From contig CAIUPE010000051.1 in NCBI GenBank assembly GCA_903900975.1, forward strand, positions 678 to 64,677: DNA of 64,000 nt. Direction: 5' to 3'. The notes beneath the pieces were generated by a model. The model was not told where the DNA came from and ran no database searches. It saw nothing but the letters and a program-made list of their open reading frames with translations. Positions 10,363 through 19,899 of the stretch are shown one piece after another. Source of the stretch: an uncultured Hyphomicrobiales bacterium. Lineage in GTDB: Bacteria > Pseudomonadota > Alphaproteobacteria > Rhizobiales > Beijerinckiaceae. A program made the translations under genes and the position numbers. How positions within the stretch are numbered: position 1 is the stretch's first letter; the number at the start of each line of letters is the position of its first letter.

Positions 10363-11090
10363 CTCACCTGATGACGCCCGACGAATTTGAGGCCGCCCTT
10401 CGCCAGATCGGCGCGACGCGGTATCACAGCCTGCATCCGTTTCACAAAAGGTTGCATGGCGGGCAATGCACCAAAACGCAGGTGAAGGCTTGGGCCTTGA
10501 ACCGCTATTATTATCAAAGTTCGATCCCGATCAAAGATGCCGTTGTCTTATCCCGTTTTCGCGAACGGGACATCCGCTTGGAATGGCGCCACCGGATCGA
10601 GGACCATGATGGTCATTTAGGCTCCGAGGGCGGCATTGAACGGTGGCTAAAACTTACCGATGGGTTGGGTTTTGAACGCAGCTATGTTGAATCCTGCGAG
10701 GGGGTTCTTCCCGCCACGCGGTTTGCGGTGGATGCCTATGTCAATTTTGTCGGTGTTAAAACGCCGCTCGAAGCGATCGCTTCCTCCCTGACCGAGTTGT
10801 TTGCGCCCGGTCTGCACGAACAGCGAATTTCCGGCATGCTGGAGCATTATGATTTCATCAATCCGGACGTGATGACCTATTTCCAGCGTCGTCTGGAACA
10901 GGCCCCAAGGGATGCCAATTTCGCCCTCGCTTATGTAAAAGAGCACGCTCAGACGCCAAAGGAACAACGCGCGGTGATGGGTGCCCTCACGTTCAAATGC
11001 GATGTTTTATGGGCGCAACTTGATGCGCTCTCCTCGGCTTATGTTGAGCCGGGGCGTATCCCGCCCGGTGCATGGACACCCGACTCATGA
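10359..11090 (+). CDS. pqqC: Pyrroloquinoline-quinone synthase PqqC
   Basis: ATG 10359 overlaps the pqqB stop (ATGA). RYHSLHPFHKRLHGGQCTKTQVKAWALNRYYYQ is the PqqC signature. Confidence 0.93.
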   Translation: MTHLMTPDEFEAALRQIGATRYHSLHPFHKRLHGGQCTKTQVKAWALNRYYYQSSIPIKDAVVLSRFRERDIRLEWRHRIEDHDGHLGSEGGIERWLKLTDGLGFERSYVESCEGVLPATRFAVDAYVNFVGVKTPLEAIASSLTELFAPGLHEQRISGMLEHYDFINPDVMTYFQRRLEQAPRDANFALAYVKEHAQTPKEQRAVMGALTFKCDVLWAQLDALSSAYVEPGRIPPGAWTPDS

Positions 11091-11374
11091 CGGAAATGGA
11101 TGCCGAGACGCTGACGTTCGTTCCTAAATTTCCGCGCGGCGTGCGGTTAAAGCACGACGAGGCGCGACAAGAGTGGGTTTTGCTTGCCCCCGAGCGTTTG
11201 ATCAAATGCGACCCGATCGCCGCCGCCGTGTTACAATTATGCGATGGTAAACGCAGTCTGAGCGATATCATTACGGCTTTGGCCGAACAGTATAAGGCTG
11301 ATCCGGGCGTCATCGGCCGGGACGTTTTGGCGTTATTGAATGGCTTGAAAGAAAAGAAAATGGTGCAGCTTTGA
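11087..11374 (+). CDS. pqqD: PQQ biosynthesis peptide chaperone PqqD
   Basis: ATG 11087 overlaps the pqqC stop (ATGA). About 95 aa with PRGVRLKHDEARQEWVLLAPERL...LCDGKRSL, typical of PqqD. Confidence 0.88.
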   Translation: MTEMDAETLTFVPKFPRGVRLKHDEARQEWVLLAPERLIKCDPIAAAVLQLCDGKRSLSDIITALAEQYKADPGVIGRDVLALLNGLKEKKMVQL

Positions 11375-12489
11375 GCGCTTCGGTCGCCCCTTCGCCATCG
11401 GTAGGCCATCCGATTGGGTTGCTCGCCGAGCTGACCCATCGATGCCCGCTGGCGTGTCCTTATTGTTCCAATCCTTTGGCCCTTGAAGGGCGCGAGGGTG
11501 AGCTCGATACGTCGGCGTGGAAGCGGGTCTTCACGGAAGCGGCCAAGCTCGGTATTTTACAAGTGCATCTGTCGGGCGGCGAGCCTGCGGCGCGGCGCGA
11601 TCTCGTTGAACTGGTCGCCCATTGCGCCTCGGTTGGGCTTTATACCAATCTGATCACATCGGGTATTGGCGTCACGGAGAAACTGATTAATCAGCTGGCC
11701 GATGCCGGTTTGGATCATGTGCAGCTTTCGATTCAGGATTCCGAGCCAGGATCAGCCGATAAGATTGCCGGTTACAAAGGGGCTTTCGCCAAAAAGCAGG
11801 CGGTAGCGGGTTGGATTAAGGCCGCCGACTTTCCACTGACGGTCAATGCGGTGATGCACCGAGCCAATATTGCGCGGTCGGCGGCGATGGTGGAATTGGC
11901 CGTTGCCCTTGGTGCGAGCCGTGTTGAAATCGCTCATACCCAATATTATGGCTGGGCCTTGCCAAACCGGGCGGCTTTGATGCCGACTCGGGCTGAAACC
12001 GAGGCCGCTGTGGCCGATGTCGAAGGGTTGCGGAAGCGATATGCGGGGGACATCGTCATCGATCTCGTCATTCCCGATTATCATGCCAACTATCCCAAAG
12101 CGTGCATGGGGGGATGGGCCAAGCAATTCATCAATGTGACGCCCTCGGGAAAGGTTTTGCCCTGCCATGCGTCGGAGACGATTCCTGGCCTCGAATTCTG
12201 GAATGTCAAAGACCATGGTCTGGATGACATTTGGCACGGGTCGCCCGCTTTTTCGATCTATCGCGGTACGGATTGGATGGCCGAGCCATGCCGGTCTTGC
12301 GAGCGTCGGGAGATTGATTTCGGGGGCTGCCGGTGTCAGGCCTTTGCCCTTACGGGCGATGCGTCGGCTACCGATCCAGCCTGTTATAAATCGCCGTATC
12401 ATGCGCGGATGACCGAAATCGCCGATGCCGATTCGAGCGGCCAGCCGGTGGATTATATCTATCGAAGACTTCCTGCCAACGCGCTTTAA
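11371..12489 (+). CDS. pqqE: PQQ biosynthesis radical SAM/SPASM enzyme PqqE
   Basis: 372 aa with the CPLACPYCSN radical-SAM cluster motif and a Cys-rich SPASM C-terminus (CRSCERREIDFGGCRCQA). The apparent TTG start overlaps the pqqD stop. Confidence 0.93.
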   Translation: MSASVAPSPSVGHPIGLLAELTHRCPLACPYCSNPLALEGREGELDTSAWKRVFTEAAKLGILQVHLSGGEPAARRDLVELVAHCASVGLYTNLITSGIGVTEKLINQLADAGLDHVQLSIQDSEPGSADKIAGYKGAFAKKQAVAGWIKAADFPLTVNAVMHRANIARSAAMVELAVALGASRVEIAHTQYYGWALPNRAALMPTRAETEAAVADVEGLRKRYAGDIVIDLVIPDYHANYPKACMGGWAKQFINVTPSGKVLPCHASETIPGLEFWNVKDHGLDDIWHGSPAFSIYRGTDWMAEPCRSCERREIDFGGCRCQAFALTGDASATDPACYKSPYHARMTEIADADSSGQPVDYIYRRLPANAL

Positions 12490-12498
12490 GCAAGGAGT

Positions 12499-12527
12499 AA
12501 AAAAGGGAGCCGAAGGGCTCCCTTTTT
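12499..12527. terminator. Bidirectional rho-independent terminator between convergent pqqE and MFS genes
   Basis: AAAAAAGGGAGCC-GAAG-GGCTCCCTTTTT: a GC-rich 7-bp stem flanked by an A-tract and a T-tract, so it works on both strands. Confidence 0.8.
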
Positions 12528-12554
12528 CAATAGGATCACAGCGTTAACGTGTCA

Positions 12555-14246
12555 TCAGCTGAAGATTCGGATGGCGCTTTGCAGCGTAATCCAAACGCCC
12601 CACACAATCGGAATACCGACGGCCAGCCAAGCCAGTGCGGCGTCACGGTCCAATCCGCCACGGCCAATCCCGAACGAGCCAGAGGCCGAGACCGACGATG
12701 CGGTCTTGGCCTGCAAGGCCTTCACCTCATCCTCGCGCATGAACCATTTGGCTGCGACAGGCTTGATCATCGTATTGGCAAGGAAGCCCAAAATCAGCAT
12801 GCCTGCCAAAACATACATCGTGAAATCATACAGCTTGTCGGCCGGCACGCCTGCGGCCTTGTTGATCTCACGAATATAATTGACGACCACGGGCCCAATA
12901 ATGCCCGCCGTTGACCAGGCGGTCAGTAAGCGGCCATGAATGGCGCCGACAAATTGGGTACCGAACATGTCGGCCAGATAGGCCGGTACCGTGGCAAAGC
13001 CGCCGCCATACATCGACAAGATGATGCAGAAAGCGCCAACAAAGAGTGCTTTCGAACCCATATGCGCGAAGGTCGGCGCGGAGGCATAGAGCAAAATGCC
13101 AAGTCCGAAGAAGACGAAATAGGTCATTTTGCGACCGATTTTATCGGAGAGCGAAGCCCAGAAAAAGCGTCCACCGATGTTGAAAAGCGAGATTAGGCCA
13201 GCAAAACCTGCCGCAATGCCCGCAATCGCCGTCTTCTGGCCTGCATCAAGTGCAGCAAAGCCAATTTCCGGATGGCCCAACAAAGCGCCGCCGAAGATTT
13301 CTTGCAACATTGGCGAGGCCATACCGATCACGCCGATACCGGCCGAAACGTTTAGGCAGAGCACGGCCCAGATCAGCCAGAATTGCGACGTTTTATGCGC
13401 ATCTTTCAAGTGCACATGGCCGGGGGTGATCATCGAATTGCCGTTGGATGGCGGAGGCGTCCAACCATCGGGTTTCCACCCTGCTGGTGGAACGCGATAG
13501 CCGAAGGAGCCCGCAATCATGAAAGCAAAATAAACCAACGCCATAACAGTAAAGGTTTCCCAAACGCCAACCGACGTCGCCGATTTGAAACCGTTGACGT
13601 GGAAGAAGGCAAAAGCTCCCTTCCATTCAATGATGTTGCCACCATTCATCAACAGATTGGCCAAAGGCGAACCGATCATCGCGCCGCCGCCGAAGCCCAT
13701 GATCGCCATACCGGTGGCCATGCCGCGCCGATCAGGGAACCATTTCACCAGCGTCGATACCGGCGAGATATAGCCGAGGCCCAAGCCGATGCCGCCAATC
13801 ACGCCCGAACCTAACCACATCATCCACAATTGATGGGTGTAAACGCCAAAGGCCGAAAAAATAAGGCCGCCGCACCAGCACAGAGCCGATACCACGCCTG
13901 CTTTTCTTGGTCCTTCACGTTCCAGCCAGCCACCCCAGATGGCGGCGGAAGAGCCAAGAAGCACGAAGAAGAGGGTATACATCCATCCCAACTCGGCGAC
14001 TTTCCAGTCGCAGGCGGTGGTAAACAGCGCATTCCAAATCCCCGATCCATCGGGGCAGGCTAGCGGTTTTGTGATGCCGATGGCTTGCGATAACGGCAGC
14101 CAGAAAACGGAAAACCCGTACGCCATACCAATGCAGAGATGGATAGCGAGCGCCGCTGGCGGGACAAGCCAACGGTTAAATCCCGGCTGAGCGATGGTAC
14201 GTGTGCGATCAAGCAGGCCAGTGCCTGCGACATTAGTGTCTGTCAC
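12555..14246 (-). CDS. MFS transporter, oxalate/formate antiporter (OFA)-like family
   Basis: 563 aa. It is polytopic, with many hydrophobic helices. The Gly-rich MFS loop motifs and long form are as seen in alphaproteobacterial OFA-type transporters. Substrate unknown. Confidence 0.75.
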   Translation of the reverse strand: MTDTNVAGTGLLDRTRTIAQPGFNRWLVPPAALAIHLCIGMAYGFSVFWLPLSQAIGITKPLACPDGSGIWNALFTTACDWKVAELGWMYTLFFVLLGSSAAIWGGWLEREGPRKAGVVSALCWCGGLIFSAFGVYTHQLWMMWLGSGVIGGIGLGLGYISPVSTLVKWFPDRRGMATGMAIMGFGGGAMIGSPLANLLMNGGNIIEWKGAFAFFHVNGFKSATSVGVWETFTVMALVYFAFMIAGSFGYRVPPAGWKPDGWTPPPSNGNSMITPGHVHLKDAHKTSQFWLIWAVLCLNVSAGIGVIGMASPMLQEIFGGALLGHPEIGFAALDAGQKTAIAGIAAGFAGLISLFNIGGRFFWASLSDKIGRKMTYFVFFGLGILLYASAPTFAHMGSKALFVGAFCIILSMYGGGFATVPAYLADMFGTQFVGAIHGRLLTAWSTAGIIGPVVVNYIREINKAAGVPADKLYDFTMYVLAGMLILGFLANTMIKPVAAKWFMREDEVKALQAKTASSVSASGSFGIGRGGLDRDAALAWLAVGIPIVWGVWITLQSAIRIFS

Positions 14247-14522
14247 GCGAATTCCCCCAATTTATTTTTATATTTAATGATACGCGATTAAAATCGGAAT
14301 TTTACTGAAAAAAATGTAAATTTTAAGCGCCATAAGTCAAGTCATTTATGAATGGCACGCGATAGCTGCGTCAAATTGCCGTCATTATAATGCTTCATGT
14401 GGAGCTGAACTTCGTTTATCGCTTCGGAGTCAGTTGACAGCTTACCGGATTTAATTACGATCCGGCCTGCTTCAAAATCGGATGTTGGCTAAAAATTCCG
14501 ATACAGCTAAAGGGGACGGAAA

Positions 14523-16238
14523 ATGACCTCATTTAAATTCGGCACACTTTCGATCGGCGCCGCTGCTTTATTGGCAGGTGTGCTGGGTGCATCGATCGCC
14601 ACCAAGGCGGGCGATGAAATTAAAAATGCGACAAAATTCGGCAATATGAATTCGGTGACGCAAGATTTGCTGAACCGCGCAGGTGGTGACGGCAATAATT
14701 TCTTGCTGACCAATGGCGACTACACGCAGTCGCGCTATTTCCCGAACAAGCAGATCAATGTCAGCAATGTTTCCAAACTTCGCCCGGCCTGGGTCTTCCA
14801 GACGGAAGTGAAGGACTCGATGGAAACGTCGCCGATTGTGGTCAATGGCATCATGTATGTCACGACCTCCTTTGACCATGTTTACGCGCTTGATGCACGC
14901 ACGGGTGAAGAGCTCTGGCATTATAAGCAGAAGCTTGGTCCAATCACGACCTATTGCTGCGGCCCAAATAACCGCGGTGTCGCGGTTTATGAGGACATGG
15001 TGTATCTCGCCACCCTCGATGCCAAGCTCGTGGCGCTCGATGCCAAGACCGGCAAGCAGGTTTGGGAAACCCAAGTCGCCGATCCTGAACTCGGCTACAG
15101 CGAAACAATGGCGCCAACCGCTGTTAAGGGCAAAATCCTTGTCGGCACCAATGGTGGCGAATACGGTATCCGCGGCTTCGTGAAGGCCTTTGATGCCAAG
15201 ACTGGCAAGAATCTTTGGACGTTTAACACCGTTCCAGAAAGCTCAGTCGGCGTATGGGCTACCAATGACGCAACGGGCCGCGACATGCACCGCGACATCG
15301 CTGCAGAAAAGGCAGCACTCGCGAAAAATGGCGACCCCTACAAAACCTTAGGTGGCGGCGTTTGGCAGAACCCTGCCGTCGATCTGGATACCAACCGGAT
15401 TTATTTCGTCGTTGGCAATCCTTCGCCCGATCTCGACGGATCGCTGCGCCCCGGCGACAACCTCTATACCGACTCGCTTGTCTCGGTTGATCTGGATACC
15501 GGTAAATATGTCTGCCACTTCCAGTACATCGCCCATGACGTTTGGGATATGGATGCCGTTAGCCCGCCAGCCATCGTGAAGGTTGCGGACAAAGACGGCA
15601 AAATGATCAAGGGCGTGATTCATGGCGGCAAGACCGGCCATATCTACGTTCATGACGCCAAGGACTGCAGCCTGATCCGCTTCTCGGAAGCCATGGTGCC
15701 GCAGGAAAACATGTGGGTCCTTCCAACCAAGGACGGCGCTCGCATGCTTCCAGGGGCCAATGGTGGTGTCGAGTGGTCGCCACTTGCAACCAACCCAAGC
15801 TTGGGCCTTGCTTATGCGATCAACCTGCATCAGCCAATGACCTACCATGTTGAAAGTTCGGCCTATCCAGCCGGTAAACTCTGGCTCGGCGGCGCGTTCA
15901 AGATCATCCCTACCGAAGAACAGTGGGGCAATGTGACCGCGGTCGATTATAACACCGGCAAGATCAAGTGGCAGGTTAAGACGCAACAGCCGATGATCGG
16001 TGGCATTCTGGCTACCGCTGGCGGCCTGGTGTTCACGGGTGAAAGCAACGGCCAGTTCGAGGCGTTCGATGCTGAAACCGGTGCAGCGCTCTGGAAGTTC
16101 CAGGCAGGCGCTGGTGTGAATGCGCCTCCTTCCTCCTATTCGGTGGATGGCAAGCAATATGTCGTGGTGGCCGCCGGCGGTAACGCCCAGGTCGACTCCA
16201 AGCGCGGCAACTCGATCATCGCCTTCACTGCCGATTGA
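14523..16238 (+). CDS. PQQ-dependent alcohol dehydrogenase (methanol/ethanol family), lanthanide-type signature
   Basis: 571 aa with a signal peptide ([17 protein letters not shown]). It has the vicinal Cys pair YCCGPNNRG and propeller W-motifs. The catalytic region HDVWDMDA (15543-15554 = W-D-M-D) carries an Asp two residues after the catalytic Asp. Confidence 0.9.
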   Translation: MTSFKFGTLSIGAAALLAGVLGASIATKAGDEIKNATKFGNMNSVTQDLLNRAGGDGNNFLLTNGDYTQSRYFPNKQINVSNVSKLRPAWVFQTEVKDSMETSPIVVNGIMYVTTSFDHVYALDARTGEELWHYKQKLGPITTYCCGPNNRGVAVYEDMVYLATLDAKLVALDAKTGKQVWETQVADPELGYSETMAPTAVKGKILVGTNGGEYGIRGFVKAFDAKTGKNLWTFNTVPESSVGVWATNDATGRDMHRDIAAEKAALAKNGDPYKTLGGGVWQNPAVDLDTNRIYFVVGNPSPDLDGSLRPGDNLYTDSLVSVDLDTGKYVCHFQYIAHDVWDMDAVSPPAIVKVADKDGKMIKGVIHGGKTGHIYVHDAKDCSLIRFSEAMVPQENMWVLPTKDGARMLPGANGGVEWSPLATNPSLGLAYAINLHQPMTYHVESSAYPAGKLWLGGAFKIIPTEEQWGNVTAVDYNTGKIKWQVKTQQPMIGGILATAGGLVFTGESNGQFEAFDAETGAALWKFQAGAGVNAPPSSYSVDGKQYVVVAAGGNAQVDSKRGNSIIAFTAD

Positions 16239-16272
16239 TCTCCGTTGGTCCGTTAAACGACCTCGCTTAAGG

Positions 16273-16303
16273 AAAGGCGGAACCTCGATGGTTCCGCCTT
16301 TTC
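16273..16303 (+). terminator. Intra-operon stem-loop / partial terminator after the PQQ-ADH gene
   Basis: AAAGGCGGAACC-TCGAT-GGTTCCGCCTTTTC: a 9-bp GC-rich stem followed by TTTT, 35 nt after the ADH stop and 45 nt before the cytochrome gene. Confidence 0.65.
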
Positions 16304-16348
16304 AGTACCTGAAATCTGATATCTTTTTTCGATTTAGGAGCCGTTGGA

Positions 16349-16918
16349 ATGCGCTTAGTATTGATCGCTTTTGTTGCGATGGTGGCCAGCTCTATTAGCC
16401 ATGTGGCCGTGGCGCAATCCATTGAAGAAAAGGCCGCCGTTTGCGCAGGCTGTCATGGCGAAAATGGTAAACCGGTGTCGCCTGAAATTCCTGTTCTTTG
16501 GGGGCAGAAGGAAGGCTATATTTATCTGCAATTGCGCGACCTTAAACGCGGCGATCGTAAACACGAAATTATGTCGGGCATCGCGGCAGGTCTTGAAAAG
16601 ACCGACATGCAAGAGCTCGCCAAATATTTCTCGGAAAAGCCTTGGATCAATCTGCAGCAGAAATCGGCTGATGCGCCAACCGCTTCCCAAGCGCAGCAAG
16701 TCGCATCGTCGGCCCAATGCGAGGGCTGCCACTTGTCCGGCTATTTGGGCGACAGCACGATTCCCCGCCTTGCTGGCCAGTCGGAAACGTATCTGCTGAA
16801 AACAATGTCAGAATTCCGCTCCGGCGCACGCGCGAACAATGCGTGGATGGTGACGCTTCTGAAGTCCTATTCCGATAGCGATATTGCGGCTTTATCGAAA
16901 TATATCGCCGGTCTCTAA
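16349..16918 (+). CDS. Dihaem c-type cytochrome (cytochrome c4-like), periplasmic
   Basis: AGGAG precedes the ATG. Signal peptide present. Two CxxCH motifs (CAGCH, CEGCH) about 100 aa apart. Likely electron acceptor of the adjacent quinoprotein. Confidence 0.85.
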   Translation: MRLVLIAFVAMVASSISHVAVAQSIEEKAAVCAGCHGENGKPVSPEIPVLWGQKEGYIYLQLRDLKRGDRKHEIMSGIAAGLEKTDMQELAKYFSEKPWINLQQKSADAPTASQAQQVASSAQCEGCHLSGYLGDSTIPRLAGQSETYLLKTMSEFRSGARANNAWMVTLLKSYSDSDIAALSKYIAGL

Positions 16919-16928
16919 GCCTATTCGA

Positions 16929-17885
16929 TCAGCCGCCCGAGAAGGCGGCCCGCGTTTGGTCATCGGGCGCAAAGTCGATCGCTGTCTTGCCGGTTACATC
17001 GGTGAGTTTGGCTGATGCCCCCTTTGCCAGCAGCAGGCGAACAATTCCGGCGTGGCCAAGTTCGGAGGCGATCATCAACGCATCATGGCCACGGTCGTCT
17101 GTGTCGCTAACATGGGCACCGTGAGCGATCAAATAGGCGACGAGGGCTACCCCATCATCCTCCGGCACATCATTAGCATGGCCTGCCGCCCACATCAGGA
17201 CGGTGAGATTGTTGCCATAACGCTTATTAATATTTAGGCCAGTGGCCAGCAACCGTTCGACAATCGGCTGAAAGCCGCGGGCAGCAGCATACAAAATCGG
17301 CGTCTTACCGGTTGAGTCAGCCGCATCGGGATCCGCACCCTTGCTCACCAGAATATCGACCATTTTTCCGTTGCCATTGAAGGCCGCCGCCGCCAAGGGG
17401 GTCAATTCGGACCGGCCGGGAATATCGGGCTTTGCGCCGAGGCGAAGCAAAAGCTCCACAATCGCTGTCCGGTTGTTCTCGACCGCCAGAAACAGCGGCG
17501 TGGAGCCTTTCAGATTGCGCTCGTCCAACGTTGCACCTTTCGATGCGAAGAGCTCCACCAAGGAGGCATGACCGGCGCGTGCTGCTCGCGATAACGGCGT
17601 GTTGGCTTCGCGGTCGCGCGCCTGCAAAGAGGCGCCATCGGCCAAAAGCGTTTTGGCTAAATCATCGCACCCATTTTCGCTGGCATTGAATAAAATGCCG
17701 TTCAGTTCGATCGAACTGATATAGGATTTGGTCATCTCGTAGCGGTGGCCGATATCCGGGCACGCCGACGCATCGGCCCGCGCAGGCCCGCTTGCGATCA
17801 AGCCAGTTGCGACGACTAGGGCTACTCCGGTCGGTAGGGACCAGCAAAATATCCGATCGGAATTATGTGCGGCGATGAACTGCAT
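16929..17885 (-). CDS. Secreted ankyrin-repeat protein
   Basis: 318 aa with a signal-like N-terminus (..ALVVATGLIASGPARA). There are at least five ANK repeats, e.g. TPLSRAARAGHASLVELFASKGA, TPLFLAVENNRTAIVELLLRLGA and TPILYAAARGFQPIVERLLATG. Confidence 0.85.
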   Translation of the reverse strand: MQFIAAHNSDRIFCWSLPTGVALVVATGLIASGPARADASACPDIGHRYEMTKSYISSIELNGILFNASENGCDDLAKTLLADGASLQARDREANTPLSRAARAGHASLVELFASKGATLDERNLKGSTPLFLAVENNRTAIVELLLRLGAKPDIPGRSELTPLAAAAFNGNGKMVDILVSKGADPDAADSTGKTPILYAAARGFQPIVERLLATGLNINKRYGNNLTVLMWAAGHANDVPEDDGVALVAYLIAHGAHVSDTDDRGHDALMIASELGHAGIVRLLLAKGASAKLTDVTGKTAIDFAPDDQTRAAFSGG

Positions 17886-17927
17886 TTTCTTTATCCAATT
17901 TCACAAAGATACGTTAGCATCCTTTGC

Positions 17928-18905
17928 ATGATTGCGCACCCTTTGGCTGCTGCCAAGCGTCTTGATGGTCTTTTCTCAAGCCCCTTTGCAAAGGGGGCAC
18001 GCTTGGTGTTTGCCGGTGTCCTTATTGCGTTGGCATCCACTGTCTATGCCGGTACGCCGATGGATCCGCCAGGAACCCTCTATCCCGTCTTTGATACGGT
18101 TCTGCATCTGGTTTGTCAGGGCGAGGGGGAGCCAACCATCGTCTTGGAAGCAGGTCTTGGCGGCAATTATCTCGATTGGACCTTGATGCAACCTGTCTTG
18201 GCCCGCCACCATCGGGCGTGTGCATATGATCGAGCCGGTGCCGGGTTTAGCCAACCGACGGCCCGCAGCCGGACGGCGGCCAACATCACCGATGATCTGC
18301 ACGAATTGCTCAACACAGCTCATCTTCATCGGCCGATCATCCTCGTTGGCCATTCGTTTGGTGGGATGATGGCCTTGCATTATGCCGCGCGCTTTCCCGC
18401 TGATGTGGCTGGTTTGGTGTTGCTCGATCCGATGCATCCCGAGCAGTTTGATCGATTTGCACAAGCCGGGGTTGAGGTGCCAACGGATCCCAATTTAATC
18501 TTAGGCCGCACCGCGAGCTTTGCCGCCACCTATGCGCTGCCGGAAGCTTTGCATCCGCTGGCGATGGCGTTGGCCGGCAGCGATACGGCCCGCATTTTCA
18601 TGGTCAAAGAAATGCGGTGGATGGTTCTTGACGCTGCGGAAGTTAGAGCCGCAGGATATCCCTTTCTCCTGTCCCGCATATTGCTGCATGGCAATCGCGA
18701 ATGGGATGATGCTTATCCGGATGGCCGGATGGAAAAGGCGTGGTTGGACATGCATTCCGATTTGGCCCGTGCGATTGGTGCCCCAAAACCCATTCCAATT
18801 GAACAAAGTGGTCATCAATTGGCGCTTGATGCACCCGAAATGGTGGCCAAAGAGGTTGAAAATCTGATCAATGAATGGTCAACTCGCAAGGCAGAAATTC
18901 CGTGA
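17928..18905 (+). CDS. Alpha/beta hydrolase with N-terminal membrane anchor/signal
   Basis: The ORF is open from 17865, and ATG 17928 is preferred because it avoids overlap with the divergent ankyrin gene. It has the nucleophile elbow GHSFGG and a hydrophobic N-terminus (LVFAGVLIALASTVYA). Confidence 0.8.
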   Translation: MIAHPLAAAKRLDGLFSSPFAKGARLVFAGVLIALASTVYAGTPMDPPGTLYPVFDTVLHLVCQGEGEPTIVLEAGLGGNYLDWTLMQPVLARHHRACAYDRAGAGFSQPTARSRTAANITDDLHELLNTAHLHRPIILVGHSFGGMMALHYAARFPADVAGLVLLDPMHPEQFDRFAQAGVEVPTDPNLILGRTASFAATYALPEALHPLAMALAGSDTARIFMVKEMRWMVLDAAEVRAAGYPFLLSRILLHGNREWDDAYPDGRMEKAWLDMHSDLARAIGAPKPIPIEQSGHQLALDAPEMVAKEVENLINEWSTRKAEIP

Positions 18906-18912
18906 GTATCCG

Positions 18913-19899
18913 ATGAACATTATCTCAAAGCATTTTGTCTATGGCCTATCGTGCCTGCTCGTCGGTCTGTTGACCGAAGCGCCTGCGCAGGCGGGGTCGG
19001 GCCTTGTTTTCGTCAGCAACGAACGCTCGAGCCAATTAACCGTGCTCGATCAAAGCGACACCGTGATCAAGCAAATCAAAACCTGCGCGCGTCCACGCGG
19101 TATGCGGTTTACCCCCGATCACTCAAAAATCGTGGTGGCCTGCGGCAGCGATAACACGATTGCGCTCTATGATGTGGCCACGCAAAAACTGGTCAAACGG
19201 TTTCGCGATATTCCTGATCCGGAAACGTTTGACCTCCATCCGAATGGCAAAGACCTCTACGTCTCGAATGAGGATGATTCGGAAGCCACCTTGCTTGACC
19301 TCGAAACGGGTCAGGTCAAAGGCCATTTTCCGACAGGACCGGAACCGGAAGGCGTGCTCGTCACCCCTGACGGCAAAACCGTCTTTGTTGCCTCCGAGGC
19401 CGCCAATCTTGTTCACGTCATTGATGTCGAAACCCAAAAAGTGATCAAAGATATCATTACCGCCACGCGACCGCGCCGCTTTGCTCTAACGCCCGACGGT
19501 AAAGAACTGTGGGTATCGTGTGAAATGTCGGGTCTGGTTGAAATTATTGATACCGCGACGCTGACCGAAACGGGCCGTGTGGATTTCCAACCCAAAGGCA
19601 TGCGGAAGGAAGAGGTTACCCCTGTCGACATCACGATGACGGCGAGTGGCAAAACGCTCTATGCTGCGCTCGGCCGCGCCAACCATGTGGCGGTGGTCGA
19701 TGTCGCTAAGCGGACGGTGCTGGATTACATTCTGGTTGGCAAGCGTCCATGGGGCCTAAGGCTGACTAAAGATGAGAAAAAGCTCTATGTTGCGAACGGT
19801 CTATCGGATGATCTGTCGATCATCGATACTGCCAGCGGCAAGGTTCTCAAATCGGTTCCCGTGGGTATCGTGCCGTATGGAATTTTGATCGATGAATAA
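18913..19899 (+). CDS. YVTN-family beta-propeller protein (PQQ-dependent catabolism-associated type)
   Basis: ATG 18913, signal peptide. Repeated L(Y/F/W)V(S/A)NE...L..(I/L)D blades: VFVSNERSSQLTVLD, LYVSNEDDSEATLLD, VFVASEAANLVHVID, LWVSCEMSGLVEIID, LYVANGLSDDLSIID. Confidence 0.85.
   Translation: MNIISKHFVYGLSCLLVGLLTEAPAQAGSGLVFVSNERSSQLTVLDQSDTVIKQIKTCARPRGMRFTPDHSKIVVACGSDNTIALYDVATQKLVKRFRDIPDPETFDLHPNGKDLYVSNEDDSEATLLDLETGQVKGHFPTGPEPEGVLVTPDGKTVFVASEAANLVHVIDVETQKVIKDIITATRPRRFALTPDGKELWVSCEMSGLVEIIDTATLTETGRVDFQPKGMRKEEVTPVDITMTASGKTLYAALGRANHVAVVDVAKRTVLDYILVGKRPWGLRLTKDEKKLYVANGLSDDLSIIDTASGKVLKSVPVGIVPYGILIDE

Noticed and set aside
14353-14369. TGGCAC motif (sigma54 -24-like) upstream of the PQQ-ADH gene
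   Set aside because: The downstream GC element (..AGCTGC) is two bases out of register with the GG-N10-GC spacing required for sigma54 promoters.
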